From a virus (Duplodnaviria > Caudoviricetes), in IMG/VR virus record IMGVR_UViG_3300033073_000243, positions 1 through 64,000 of that record: a DNA stretch of 64,000 nucleotides; one strand, given 5' to 3'. Below, in pieces: positions 44,445-54,823 of the stretch (the stretch's first letter is position 1; every line of letters starts with the position of its first letter). The notes under the pieces are model-generated. The model made no database searches and had not been told where the DNA came from. It worked only from the letters and a program-made list of their open reading frames with translations. A program made the position numbers and the translations under genes.

Positions 44445-45424
44445 CATTTTAGTCTTTGCTTTATATTACTGTATATGCTTTGTATCTTTTTGTTTAGCAA
44501 AAAGCTGGAATCATTAACTAGACTAGAAGTGTGGTCTAAATCAAATTGCTTTAATATTCCCACTGAAGCATCATGCATTTGATCTATTAATGCAACTTGT
44601 GTACGGCTTACAGATTCGCCTGTAATCTTTTCTAGCTCACTATAGTCTTTCTCAAAGATTAACTTATACATATCTACAACAGTAAAGTCAGGCTGTACTA
44701 AGTTGTTATAATGCCATCCACTTAAATGTGATGTTCGTTCATTGTTATATACATGCATGAATGAGCGGAATTCATTCTCACAATCATTTAAGAAGTTTGT
44801 TCCAAAGAATTTAAAGTAAGGAACTGAACCAGCAGAGTCTCTGTTTAGTTCAAACTCTTTATCTAACGAGAAATAATAGAAGTGTTTATAAAACACAAAC
44901 ATAGAACCTATCCATGCTTTGTGTTGCGGAAGTGTGCAGAATATTTTATTCTTCCAGTTAAACAAGTTCACCCTGTCTAATGTTGGTAAGTGAGCCTTTA
45001 CATACGAGAAGCCGTTTACTTTATCTATATTCAGTGTTTGGAGTTTGGGTATGAAGCTATCGATATCTCCGTTGTTCCAAATGTTTATTAACTTTAAATT
45101 TGGAACACTATTGTCAAACAAGTCAACTGACTTTAAGTATCCAAACTTCATTATGTTAGATATCAAGTCTTGTTCATCCTTGCAGTTTAATTTAGATGCC
45201 AGTTCATTGTAAGCAGATAAATCATTAAAGGACATTACTTGATATGTTCGTTCAACCCACGACCATTCCAATTGTGGTGTTGCTTTAAACATATGGTTAA
45301 TGTTTTGATTGGTAATAAACTTCTCGTTGATAAATTTGTCATTGAGTAGTCTTCCTAAACTTGCACCCATGTGACCGGGTTCCCATAGTATAGGAGTAAA
45401 GTGTTGAGTAAAATCGTCATTCAT
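44444..45424 (-). CDS. Hypothetical protein (possible sulfotransferase/P-loop-like N-terminus)
   Basis: 326-aa ORF; WEPGHMGASLGRLL only weakly suggests a family; TAAATA 5 nt upstream on the minus strand. Confidence 0.55.
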   Translation of the reverse strand: MNDDFTQHFTPILWEPGHMGASLGRLLNDKFINEKFITNQNINHMFKATPQLEWSWVERTYQVMSFNDLSAYNELASKLNCKDEQDLISNIMKFGYLKSVDLFDNSVPNLKLINIWNNGDIDSFIPKLQTLNIDKVNGFSYVKAHLPTLDRVNLFNWKNKIFCTLPQHKAWIGSMFVFYKHFYYFSLDKEFELNRDSAGSVPYFKFFGTNFLNDCENEFRSFMHVYNNERTSHLSGWHYNNLVQPDFTVVDMYKLIFEKDYSELEKITGESVSRTQVALIDQMHDASVGILKQFDLDHTSSLVNDSSFLLNKKIQSIYSNIKQRLK

Positions 45425-45481
45425 TGTGCTATTTAATGTATTGATCCTGCAACATTTTTAGTTTATAATAAGAACATACTC

Positions 45482-45489
45482 TATAAATA
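45482..45489 (+). promoter_or_regulatory. T4-type late promoter
   Basis: Exact TATAAATA upstream of AAGGAG-ATG(45533). Confidence 0.65.
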
Positions 45490-45532
45490 AAATAGGTATA
45501 TAATAGATCACTTTATACTATAAGGAGTTTAA

Positions 45533-45775
45533 ATGAACATTCAAGATCTTTCTATCATTCTGGCTGCAATTGAACTAGCTATCAAGCGTGGAACATACAG
45601 CCTATTTGAAATTGGCACAGTTGGACAAACTGCCGAAAAGTTAGCAGCCTTCTTAAAAGAAGCTAACGCTCAAGCCGAAGCCAATGCACAAGCACAAGCA
45701 CAAGCCGCTGAAGGTGAAGCAAGTGCAGAGCAACCTGCTGCCGAAGCACCAACAGGCGAGCAACCTGCTGCCTAA
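45533..45775 (+). CDS. Hypothetical protein
   Basis: AAGGAG RBS; A/Q/E-rich tail. Confidence 0.75.
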   Translation: MNIQDLSIILAAIELAIKRGTYSLFEIGTVGQTAEKLAAFLKEANAQAEANAQAQAQAAEGEASAEQPAAEAPTGEQPAA

Positions 45776-45787
45776 TTGGAGAGTACT

Positions 45788-46408
45788 ATGCCCCAATTTA
45801 TCAAACATGTCGGGCAAGTAAACAACACAGGCAAGAAGTGTGTTGTTTTGTTCAGGGAAATCCCTGGCGAAGCGAACTCTTGCCTTGTTGTCGAAACAGA
45901 AGACATACCACAAAAGTATCATGACGAATTGATCGCCGCCGTCGAAAGCCCAGGCGCTCAAGAAGAAATGGATTTTTACAAGTACGCTAATCGTATGACC
46001 TTCCATGATGGACGCAACATTTTAGAAGCGTTACATTTAAGTGGCTGGTTAAGAAAACATTCTACTAGTGAAGTTTCTATGCTTCCTACTAGAGAGATTA
46101 GCATTCGTTTAAGTGATTTAAATAATCAACTTAATGAAATTAACAACGCAGGCAGAACAACTAGTGGCGACATCAGTCAACCTCAAGCAGATACACCTGC
46201 AACATCTACAAATCCTCCAGGAACACTAAGCGATTCTCAAATTGCTAACCAAATGCGAAGCCAAGCGGCTTTCTTTAAGAAAGAAGCTGAGCGTTTATAT
46301 GCCGAAGCAAACACATTAGATCCGCAAACTACTGCCAGTCTAGTGACTGAAACTGCTGCCGCTACTCCCGAAGTGCGAGTTAAAAGAAAATACACTAAAA
46401 AAAAGTAA
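45788..46408 (+). CDS. Conserved-looking hypothetical phage protein
   Basis: GGAGAG RBS; IKHVGQ...FREIPGE...YHD motifs. Confidence 0.75.
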   Translation: MPQFIKHVGQVNNTGKKCVVLFREIPGEANSCLVVETEDIPQKYHDELIAAVESPGAQEEMDFYKYANRMTFHDGRNILEALHLSGWLRKHSTSEVSMLPTREISIRLSDLNNQLNEINNAGRTTSGDISQPQADTPATSTNPPGTLSDSQIANQMRSQAAFFKKEAERLYAEANTLDPQTTASLVTETAAATPEVRVKRKYTKKK

Positions 46409-46424
46409 CTAAGGAAACAAACGC

Positions 46425-46730
46425 ATGGCGATTAGGAGAAAGGATCGAAGTTTTGAAGAGATCCTTAAAGACGTGGTCATGGAAGAAGTCCCGATAGAAT
46501 ATATCACCCATATTCAACTCAAGTTAAAGAACGGTGATATATTAGAGTTTAGCCAAGACGAACTGTCGGGAATGAATAATGCTACTGAAGTCTTAAAGGC
46601 GCAAGGTCTAGAACATCTAAAAGAAAACATTCAAGATATTGAAGTGTTTATAGACAGTGCTAAGATTAAAGGCAAAGTAGTTCAGTATGTCCGTACATTA
46701 TTGACTAGCCAATTTGGCGACGAAAAATGA
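46425..46730 (+). CDS. Hypothetical protein
   Basis: AAGGA RBS; coupled to folA. Confidence 0.7.
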   Translation: MAIRRKDRSFEEILKDVVMEEVPIEYITHIQLKLKNGDILEFSQDELSGMNNATEVLKAQGLEHLKENIQDIEVFIDSAKIKGKVVQYVRTLLTSQFGDEK

Positions 46731-47191
46731 AAGCAATATTTGCTATCGATACTAAAAATGGTATCGGCAAAAACGGAACCCTTCCTTGGCCTAAAAGCAA
46801 AGAAGATTTTGCATGGTTCAAAGAACACACAACAGGAAAGACAATAGTAATGGGTCGCAATACATGGGACGACCCTGCTTTCCCTAAACCCTTACCTAAT
46901 AGAACTAACATTGTTATTACAAGTAAACCTATTAGCATTGATAAAGTTATCACAACTAACTCTATCGACGATCCCATTATCCCCGATGATGCTTTTGTTA
47001 TTGGTGGAGCAAATTTAATAAAAAGCTTTTCAGACAAACTAGATACAATCTACATTACACGATTTAACAAAGACTACAATTGCGATGTGTTTGTTGATAT
47101 AGATCAACTACTAGACAATTTTAGAATCATAGAATCAAAAGTCGTAGGTGATCTTATTTTTGAAACTTGGATATTATGCAACAATACTTAA
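46727..47191 (+). CDS. folA: Dihydrofolate reductase
   Basis: GIGKNGTLPW, DFAWFK, VMGRNTW, PLPNRTNIV and VIGGA motifs. Confidence 0.93.
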   Translation: MKAIFAIDTKNGIGKNGTLPWPKSKEDFAWFKEHTTGKTIVMGRNTWDDPAFPKPLPNRTNIVITSKPISIDKVITTNSIDDPIIPDDAFVIGGANLIKSFSDKLDTIYITRFNKDYNCDVFVDIDQLLDNFRIIESKVVGDLIFETWILCNNT

Positions 47192-48087
47192 ACGACTTAC
47201 AATACATTTTAGACAACGGCGTTGAAAGTAACGACCGCACTGGCACAGGTACCAAAAGTATATTTGGTATGCAAACACGCTACAACTTAGAAAAAGGATT
47301 CCCTGCTGTTACTACAAAGAAACTAGCATGGAAAGCTGTTGTTAGTGAACTACTATGGTTCATAGAGGGAAGCGGAGATGAAAGACGACTCGCTGAGATA
47401 TTACATGGAACTCGTGACGCTAGCAAGTCAACGATATGGACGGCCAACGCTAGAGCAGATTATTGGACTCCAAAAGCAGAGTATCCCGGAGACCTCGGAC
47501 GGGTTTATGGAGTACAATGGCGCAAATGGCGCACACCAGTAGAACATAAAGCAACTACATTTAAAGATGACTTTGGCAGTACATACAGTAGAGCAGGTTA
47601 TGTCCACTTTAAAGAAGTCGATCAACTTTCAAACTTGATTGAAGGTATCAAATCTAAACCAGAAGATCGCAGACATATCTTATCCGCTTGGAATCCTGGC
47701 GAACTAGATAACATGGCATTACCTCCTTGCCATTCATTCGCACAGTTTTATGTTCGCAATGGAAAATTGAGCTGTCAAATGTATCAACGAAGTGCTGACT
47801 TCTTCTTGGGCATTCCTTTTAATATTGCCAGCTATAGTTTACTAACACATATGATTGCACAAGCTTGTGACTTGGGCGTAGGAGAATTCATCCATACTAT
47901 AGGTGATGCTCACATATACAACAACCATATAGAACAAGTTAAAGAACAACTTGCAAGAACACCATTAGCATTACCTACACTGAAACTTAATCCTAATATT
48001 AAGGATATCACAAAGTTTACCATGGAAGATATTGTGTTAGAGAACTACGAAAGCCTAGGCACTATTAAAGCGCCTATGGCTGTTTAA
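47176..48087 (+). CDS. thyA: Thymidylate synthase
   Basis: DRTGTGT, ELLWF, LPPCH, YQRSADFFLGIPFNIASY and GDAHIY motifs; uninterrupted by an intron. Confidence 0.97.
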   Translation: MQQYLNDLQYILDNGVESNDRTGTGTKSIFGMQTRYNLEKGFPAVTTKKLAWKAVVSELLWFIEGSGDERRLAEILHGTRDASKSTIWTANARADYWTPKAEYPGDLGRVYGVQWRKWRTPVEHKATTFKDDFGSTYSRAGYVHFKEVDQLSNLIEGIKSKPEDRRHILSAWNPGELDNMALPPCHSFAQFYVRNGKLSCQMYQRSADFFLGIPFNIASYSLLTHMIAQACDLGVGEFIHTIGDAHIYNNHIEQVKEQLARTPLALPTLKLNPNIKDITKFTMEDIVLENYESLGTIKAPMAV

Positions 48088-48641
48088 AACTGCAACGGAT
48101 CTAAACTTATTTCGTTAATGTGAAGTTCTGCAGGCTGCTCGATTATCCAATTGATATATTGAGCAGCCTTTTCTAATGACATTGTTTTTCTGTCAGGATG
48201 CTTTGCTTGCATGTTGCTTAATGTACCAAAACTAATTAAAGTAACACGAGGATTATTTCCCCACACACCGGTTAAAGTTAAACTGTTGCAATAATCACGC
48301 AAGGCTTTCTTCTCTGCATTGTATAACCAATCGGTTGCTTTCATAACTCTATCAGTTGTACTACCTACACAGATAATTAATGTGCGCTTGTTTTCGGCTT
48401 TCAACTTTTTATATGTTGCTTCTAACAATAGCGTTTGATTAAAACGCCACAAAGCACTACATATAATAACTAAATCGTACTCCAATGCCATTGTAGCGAA
48501 TTGCTGTTGGCACTCTGCTCTTGTCAAATCCATTGGATTAGGACTACTTCTACTTACAAAAGTGAGATCGTGTCCTTTTAGTTCACTAGCCAATGCATTA
48601 CCCAAACCATATGCTGGGTTTCCTGAGATTAATATTTTCAA
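48084..48641 (-). CDS. Short-chain dehydrogenase/reductase-like protein
   Basis: ILISGNPAYGLG Rossmann, IICVGS and YNAEK (YxxxK) motifs. Confidence 0.75.
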   Translation of the reverse strand: MKILISGNPAYGLGNALASELKGHDLTFVSRSSPNPMDLTRAECQQQFATMALEYDLVIICSALWRFNQTLLLEATYKKLKAENKRTLIICVGSTTDRVMKATDWLYNAEKKALRDYCNSLTLTGVWGNNPRVTLISFGTLSNMQAKHPDRKTMSLEKAAQYINWIIEQPAELHINEISLDPLQF

Positions 48642-49951
48642 TTGAATAGTCCTTTGTACTGCGGTGCAATGTCTAATATGCTATGTCCGCGAGCTTTATC
48701 TAAGTAAGTTGTGAACTTAACAAATTCTTCTAATTTGTCTCCATAGTCTGCAGAGTTAGTGTATTTTAGAATACCTCGTAAAATCGATTCTGCATTTTTT
48801 GCTATTTCTTCTGGATAGCTAACTTTAAAGTCTGCTATACATTTCTCGTAATACTCTGTTAACTCTTGTTTCAAGTTAGCAGGTAAGATGCGAACATTAA
48901 CTCTCTTTGGTCCATGCGCTACATGATGAGTTATTATTGGACGTTTCTTTGTGCTGTTAATTTTAACAAAGCCGCTGTCATCTAACTTCCATTTCATAAA
49001 TGTAGGAATGTGCCAAACATTGTATGCTGTTACAGTACAAGCCAACCATGCAATGATGTTAGAATTCTTTTGTGCGTATTCATCTAGCTTTTGTAAATTC
49101 TTATATGCCTGACTCCACTTTAGTGGCCAGCGTTGATATTCTACAGTTTCACCCATTCCATCCATACTTGCACCAACGCGAACTTGCTTAAACTGTGTCC
49201 ACATATCCAACACACGATTGGGCAAGTTAGCCATGTTTGTATTGTATTCAAGTATCATCTTTTTACTTTGACCCATGTCTATACATTTTTGCAAGAACTC
49301 GTAATGACGTTCAATCATCATTGGCTCGCCTCCTGCCATATAAACATGTTTCAAGTTAGGAATGTTATCTTCCATCTGTTGCCAAAAGCTTTCGCTATTG
49401 TGCCAATCATAATCAGATGTCGTTAAACGACCGTTTTCGTTACGAGTTAATTTAACTATGCCATGTGTGTCTTGATAATCTGTACTACCGTGATACTCTG
49501 TCCATTGTTCATACCAAGTATGACTATCAGTTGGTCCGCACATACGGCAAGCTAAGTTACATAAGTTACCAAAACGCAAATCATAATATTCTAACTTAGG
49601 TTCTGATATTGTGCCGTCTTCATTAGTAACATAACGGGCATCATCTAAACTAAATTTCCAATTTTCAAGCTCGTATTGTCTACGACTGTTTAATCCTGAT
49701 TCTTCTTCTTGTTTACAACGACCGCATTCCTGGCTCCACTCTCCTACTAACATGTTCTTGCGAACTTCTTTCATTAGAGTGGCATTACGAGCTTCTGACA
49801 TGTTGTCCCGGCCTGCATTGTAAGGAGACCCATCTTCGTGTCTAACAACACCTTGATTGTCTGTTACATTGGCTTGACAACAAATACGGATGTCGCCATT
49901 ATTTCTAACTGCTTGGAATATCCAGGGAATAGGACAAAAAGTATTACTCAT
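48638..49951 (-). CDS. Radical SAM protein 1 (N-terminal SPASM/Twitch-like Cys motif)
   Basis: FCPIPW...ICC; CNLACRMC; AGGEP; YNTN; GASMDG. Confidence 0.92.
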   Translation of the reverse strand: MSNTFCPIPWIFQAVRNNGDIRICCQANVTDNQGVVRHEDGSPYNAGRDNMSEARNATLMKEVRKNMLVGEWSQECGRCKQEEESGLNSRRQYELENWKFSLDDARYVTNEDGTISEPKLEYYDLRFGNLCNLACRMCGPTDSHTWYEQWTEYHGSTDYQDTHGIVKLTRNENGRLTTSDYDWHNSESFWQQMEDNIPNLKHVYMAGGEPMMIERHYEFLQKCIDMGQSKKMILEYNTNMANLPNRVLDMWTQFKQVRVGASMDGMGETVEYQRWPLKWSQAYKNLQKLDEYAQKNSNIIAWLACTVTAYNVWHIPTFMKWKLDDSGFVKINSTKKRPIITHHVAHGPKRVNVRILPANLKQELTEYYEKCIADFKVSYPEEIAKNAESILRGILKYTNSADYGDKLEEFVKFTTYLDKARGHSILDIAPQYKGLFN

Positions 49952-50723
49952 ATGCCTCCCAGATTAAATAATGTTCCAGCGTTTTCGATGGAATAACAAA
50001 GCTATCATGCGTTAGCATTAGCTCTCCTGAGAAATTATTATCTATAGCTTGTAGCAAAATATTTCCTAAAATTAAATTGTTTTCTTCCGATAAGTGATTG
50101 CATCTAATATCTCTTGCAACTCGTTTGTTTTCTGTATCTACGGTTGATAAATTATTATCAACATTTACATGACCTACTGCTACAAGCTCATTCATAGAAA
50201 CATCTACTAATGCTGCTTTCTCAGTTGAAGAGTTCGAGTCCACTAATATGATATTTTTATCAGAGCGAATCTTATCAATTAATGCTGCATTAGTTTCGGT
50301 TAGATAAGCAGTGTCCATCCATGAAGCCATTGCAAACTCTACATTTTCAACTACCTTTAATTTGAATTTTGTTCCGCTATTTGTTTCTTGATTAGCTAAG
50401 TGTATTTTAGCTAGCTCAACAGAACTAAGATTCACGAACCAATTCCTAAAAAGTAAAGTATCTTTTAATAAATTAAACAAGTGTTCGGAGAAGAATCTCT
50501 GCAATGTAGGAATTATAAAAATATTGTAATCATGTTTGTCTTTATTGTTGATATAATCTTTGTAGCATTGGTACGGGGAATTACCACATTCCCCGTAGTT
50601 GACTACATTATGTACTGTTTGTAAATGATGAACCCAGCTATAGCTCCCTGGTTTATCCAAGTTCATATTAGCATAACTATCGCCATAAACACCAACAGAT
50701 ATTTTATTCATATGTCTTATCAC
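49944..50723 (-). CDS. SGNH/GDSL-hydrolase-like protein 1
   Basis: YGDSYA (GDS) and C-terminal NHLS. Confidence 0.6.
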   Translation of the reverse strand: MIRHMNKISVGVYGDSYANMNLDKPGSYSWVHHLQTVHNVVNYGECGNSPYQCYKDYINNKDKHDYNIFIIPTLQRFFSEHLFNLLKDTLLFRNWFVNLSSVELAKIHLANQETNSGTKFKLKVVENVEFAMASWMDTAYLTETNAALIDKIRSDKNIILVDSNSSTEKAALVDVSMNELVAVGHVNVDNNLSTVDTENKRVARDIRCNHLSEENNLILGNILLQAIDNNFSGELMLTHDSFVIPSKTLEHYLIWEAYE

Positions 50724-51870
50724 CCGGGAATAAAGGAAGCTTGGTACCTGGCGCTCGTTTAGGAATCTTACTGTCTGCGCTACTTACGCAACTTGTTCCG
50801 CCGCAAGGCATTGGCTTGTCATATAACTTAAAGCCAGTTTCAATATGACCTAGCGGGACTTCGCTACAGCTATAACTTCTTTTAACTGTGCCATCGGGTT
50901 CACGAATAATAATACTGCGATAGCCACTGCTACATTCCCAACCATTGAAGTTGTTAAAGTTAAACGCATTGAATCGTTCTGCTTGGTCCATGAACCAAGG
51001 ATTACCTTCCTTATCAATAAATTCAATTTGGAAATGAGGATCTACTTCGACTTGCTTTTTACGGTTGGCATCTGTTTTGTCGATTAAATAAGTTGGCTTT
51101 GGACGTTGTACTAATCCAGCCTTCTTTGCTTTCTCTTCTGTAAATGCTCGCTGTGGCATCCCGTTATGCAACTTAGCTAACATGTCATCAGTGTAACCAT
51201 CTACTACACGACTAGCTGTTGGATCGCTTTGTGGCTTCAATGTGACATTAATGCCACGATCATGAAAGTAAAGAGCAAGATCATAAATTTCATAAAACTG
51301 TTCCGGAACCATAACTTGATTCACTGTTACTTGTGTATCATATTCTTGACACAATACCAGTTTGTCGGCAAACTCTTTAACTTTTGCATCAGTGTTTACA
51401 TGTTCACGATGGCAACTTGCTGTGATACTAGCGCGGTGGAAATTCTTAACTGCCGGTACATATTTTTCTTCAAACCACTTTAACGGACGACTCATGTTAC
51501 TTGTCATATGAACCGATGTATAGTTTGTATTTTGTACATCATCATTTAAGTAGTTTAAGATGTCAATGTAAGCAGGGTGGAATGTTGGTTCTCCTCCGCT
51601 TAGGCTAAAGTGATAGCTATTAAAGCCACGCTCACGAGCTTGGCGTTTAATCTCATCAACAGTCTTAAGCATTAAAGGAGTAGGGCGATGATCTTTTGTA
51701 TCGCTGCGAGCATATGGCCAGCAATAGCTACAGCGATAATTGCAGTAGCGTCCTAGTAACCACGACACAGTAAACATGTCACGGTATAGCATTGTTCGTT
51801 GCCCTACTCTAACTAAATCGTCGTAGGGAATTTTTGTAAAGTCGTATTGGCTTACTTTTAAATCACTCAT
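50704..51870 (-). CDS. Radical SAM protein 2 (C-terminal SPASM/Twitch-like)
   Basis: CNYRCSYC; SGGEPT; C-terminal C..G...SC...C...C..SAD; likely start 51870. Confidence 0.92.
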   Translation of the reverse strand: MSDLKVSQYDFTKIPYDDLVRVGQRTMLYRDMFTVSWLLGRYCNYRCSYCWPYARSDTKDHRPTPLMLKTVDEIKRQARERGFNSYHFSLSGGEPTFHPAYIDILNYLNDDVQNTNYTSVHMTSNMSRPLKWFEEKYVPAVKNFHRASITASCHREHVNTDAKVKEFADKLVLCQEYDTQVTVNQVMVPEQFYEIYDLALYFHDRGINVTLKPQSDPTASRVVDGYTDDMLAKLHNGMPQRAFTEEKAKKAGLVQRPKPTYLIDKTDANRKKQVEVDPHFQIEFIDKEGNPWFMDQAERFNAFNFNNFNGWECSSGYRSIIIREPDGTVKRSYSCSEVPLGHIETGFKLYDKPMPCGGTSCVSSADSKIPKRAPGTKLPLFPGDKTYE

Positions 51871-52096
51871 CTTGTTCGTATACCATTTTAATATCTTTGC
51901 CGGGACCAACTTCACTAGGCAGTCCGCCGTATTCTTTTATATACCATTCGATTGCCGCAACATACCAACCTTGGCTGTTATGTCTACTTGCTATATTGAA
52001 CTTGTAAATGTTATCGTTAGTTGCTGGCATTGTGCTAATAACACGAGCGGCTTCTAACTGTAATGTTCGCAAAGGTAAATCTTTTATGTCTGTCAT
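51863..52096 (-). CDS. Small hypothetical protein within the radical SAM cluster
   Basis: 77-aa ORF coupled at both ends. Confidence 0.65.
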   Translation of the reverse strand: MTDIKDLPLRTLQLEAARVISTMPATNDNIYKFNIASRHNSQGWYVAAIEWYIKEYGGLPSEVGPGKDIKMVYEQDE

Positions 52097-53289
52097 AGAT
52101 CTAAGTTATCCATTAATTTTAACAATGCATCGGTCTTTTTATATTTTTGCTTCTTCTCTAAAAATGCCAATGCCGCTTGTTTATAATCAGGGTTATAAGA
52201 AGTTCCTACTCTGTTTCGCATTTGATTTAAGTAATCAAGGAATTCTTGCTTCCTAACAAAATTTATACCTTCTGAATTGTTAATTGCCTTTTCTGCAAGG
52301 TCTATATATTGTACATAATCTTTAGGTAAATGAGCAATATCTAATTCGTCTGGCCAGCTGGTAAAGTTACCATACCAAGTAAATTCTTTTGTCGGTGCGT
52401 ATTTTCTAAACTGCTCATGTACCCAATCTATATATAAATGGAACGTCTTTAAACTAAAAATACTTGCCGCTGGGCTTAATACTATTAGTTCAGTCTTTGG
52501 ATGACTAATGTATTTTACAAAGTTACCAGTGAATCTCTCCCAACTTAATCCATGACGAATTAGTTCAGCATCTATACCAAAGCCTTCGTTGCTAATACCA
52601 ATTCCCCACGACAACTTACTAGTATCCATACGAGCAATGATCTTATCCATTAAGAATCTCTTGCTGTTAGCGTTAGTGCATATTTCTAAACGAATGTTTT
52701 TATGCGAAGTCTCTGCACATTCTTCTATGTAATCAACTAGTTCGTAGAAGCGTTCACTAGTTGTTGGCTCACCGCCAAGGAAAATAAAAATTGCTTGGTT
52801 ATTTGCACTTTGTTTATTGTTTAGGAAATCACGAATCCATTGTTTAAAAACAGTGTAGTCATTTTCTTTTGTCAAATCTTCGTAAGGTTCGTTTTGTTCT
52901 TGTGCGACTTTACTGCTACTCCACGAACTGCAATATAAACAACTCATATCACATGTTCTGTCTGTTTTAATTTCTACATAATAAACATGACGGTCATCAT
53001 TAAGAATATGTCTATTACTTTCTACAAAGGCGTCTTTCCAATTATTAGCCCAATCTCTGTATGCGCTGTTACCTTTGGCATAATCATTCCAGCAACTGGC
53101 ACAATCAGAATGTGCGATGTTCTGCAGACTTTGTGCCCTGCGTTCTTGTATTCGTGGACCGTTACTAATGAACTCGGTTGTGAGCGTTTCAGGGAAATCA
53201 TATGTTACTGCTTTACAGCAATGTTTTAATGTCCTTGACTCAAAATCGATATTGATATCCGTCCAAGTTTTTGAACAATATGTTTTCAT
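52093..53289 (-). CDS. Radical SAM protein 3
   Basis: YCSKTW...HCC; CDMSCLYC; LGGEPT; CTN. Confidence 0.9.
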   Translation of the reverse strand: MKTYCSKTWTDINIDFESRTLKHCCKAVTYDFPETLTTEFISNGPRIQERRAQSLQNIAHSDCASCWNDYAKGNSAYRDWANNWKDAFVESNRHILNDDRHVYYVEIKTDRTCDMSCLYCSSWSSSKVAQEQNEPYEDLTKENDYTVFKQWIRDFLNNKQSANNQAIFIFLGGEPTTSERFYELVDYIEECAETSHKNIRLEICTNANSKRFLMDKIIARMDTSKLSWGIGISNEGFGIDAELIRHGLSWERFTGNFVKYISHPKTELIVLSPAASIFSLKTFHLYIDWVHEQFRKYAPTKEFTWYGNFTSWPDELDIAHLPKDYVQYIDLAEKAINNSEGINFVRKQEFLDYLNQMRNRVGTSYNPDYKQAALAFLEKKQKYKKTDALLKLMDNLDL

Positions 53290-54014
53290 ATTTCAATAAT
53301 CATGCTTCTTTGTTTAGAATTTACAAAAAAGCTTTCTTCTCTTCCACGACGCTGATAATGAGTCACACCATTTAAGTAAGGCTCTTTTACTACATCGCTG
53401 TCACCTGCATATATGTCGATGATTTTTTGATCTTTAGGTCCTATGCACAAAACAACAATTGGCTCTATAAATTCTCCGTTCAATTTATCTTCAAATAAGT
53501 TTTTAAATTTTTCATTGGACATCATATCTTCAAGACCGCAAGCCACAAATGCTGTCCCGTAACCTAACTCTTCTGCTGTTAATTGAGCATAACTTGCACT
53601 AATCATAGCGTCACGAACACTGCTCTTAATCATTGCATATTTGTTAACAGAACTTGTTACTTCACTATAAGATCTATCGAAAATTTCAGTTCCGGTTTGT
53701 TCATTGACAGATAACATCTGATGCTCAGGAGCAGGATTGGCAACATATACCAAAACCAAAGGAGCCTTCACTTGCATCAAATATATAGTATCATCGGTTT
53801 CTTCATATAATGTTATATGATCGCATAGCTCCTTCTTTAGTTCATTGGCTTCTGCGGTTTCTCCTAATGCAAAGATTTTATAACCGTAAATCTTATTTTT
53901 ACTAGGAGCACGCCTTGCACTATCTAGTATAGTGGCTACATCATTTTCGGATACAGATCCTGACATTAGTCTTGTTGTGTGACGTTTATTGATTATGGAA
54001 TTAATTTTAGACAT
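53286..54014 (-). CDS. Nitroreductase family protein
   Basis: INKRHTTR, ARRAPSK and LTAEELGYGT motifs. Confidence 0.8.
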   Translation of the reverse strand: MSKINSIINKRHTTRLMSGSVSENDVATILDSARRAPSKNKIYGYKIFALGETAEANELKKELCDHITLYEETDDTIYLMQVKAPLVLVYVANPAPEHQMLSVNEQTGTEIFDRSYSEVTSSVNKYAMIKSSVRDAMISASYAQLTAEELGYGTAFVACGLEDMMSNEKFKNLFEDKLNGEFIEPIVVLCIGPKDQKIIDIYAGDSDVVKEPYLNGVTHYQRRGREESFFVNSKQRSMIIEI

Positions 54015-54037
54015 GTGAAATTTATTAAGTTAGTAGA

Positions 54038-54047
54038 TAAATATTTA
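54038..54047. promoter_or_regulatory. Palindromic TAAATATTTA, a candidate bidirectional late promoter
   Basis: Perfect 10-bp palindrome presenting TAAATA on both strands between divergent genes (54014 minus, 54080 plus). Confidence 0.5.
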
Positions 54048-54079
54048 TTAGTAACAACCATGAAGCATAGGAGACAAGC

Positions 54080-54823
54080 ATGAGCGATGACAGCGTACTA
54101 AATGAGTATGGGATCAGCGGTGAACCAATCGAATCATTTGTTAGACGAAATGATTTCCCAGCAAATATACATTACCCACAAGATTTACAAACAGGAATGG
54201 AAGTAAGACGAGATAGTCGTATTCCATTTTTACCAATCGATGATTGGATGCAAACCGAAGATTGGGCAGGTATGCATGAAGAAGCAAAGCGTCTTAGCAA
54301 ACATTATATTCAACATAGAAGTCATGAGTCTCATAAAGGTTGGAGCAGTTTGGTAATTCACGGTCTAAGTAGCGTTCACACAGAAAGCAGTCATACATAC
54401 GGCTTTACAGATGAAAATGCTCCTTGGCGTTGGACTGACGTTTCGGATTGGTGTCCACTTATTACTAACTTTATCAAAACCAAAGTCAACTACAAAAAGT
54501 TCTTTAGAGTTCGTATTATGAAACTTGCACCAGGCGGCTGGGTTATCCCTCATAAGGATAGTTTAACACAACAAGAAAATCATATCGGTCCATTAAATAT
54601 TGCGTTGAATCATCCAGACGGCTGTAAGTTTATTATGGACGGAGTTGGATGTTTACCATGGACGCAAGGACGAGCAATTACATTGAACCTATTTAATGTA
54701 CACGCTGTTTATAACGATAGCAACGAAGATAGATATCATATGATTGTGCATGGTTGGGCTCCTGATCACTGGAGCGATTTAGTCTACAACAATTATAATA
54801 ATTGGAAGAAGGTGTATGCGTAA
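54080..54823 (+). CDS. Aspartyl/asparaginyl beta-hydroxylase-like 2OG-Fe(II) oxygenase
   Basis: RVRIMKLAPGGWVIPHKD and HAVYNDSNEDRYHMIVHG motifs. Confidence 0.85.
   Translation: MSDDSVLNEYGISGEPIESFVRRNDFPANIHYPQDLQTGMEVRRDSRIPFLPIDDWMQTEDWAGMHEEAKRLSKHYIQHRSHESHKGWSSLVIHGLSSVHTESSHTYGFTDENAPWRWTDVSDWCPLITNFIKTKVNYKKFFRVRIMKLAPGGWVIPHKDSLTQQENHIGPLNIALNHPDGCKFIMDGVGCLPWTQGRAITLNLFNVHAVYNDSNEDRYHMIVHGWAPDHWSDLVYNNYNNWKKVYA

Noticed and set aside
47176-48087. Group I intron (T4 td-like) or altered-specificity thymidylate synthase homologue
   Set aside because: The ORF is continuous with only a short insert, and it retains PFNIASY (Asn, dUMP-specific), so it is canonical ThyA rather than a dCMP hydroxymethylase.
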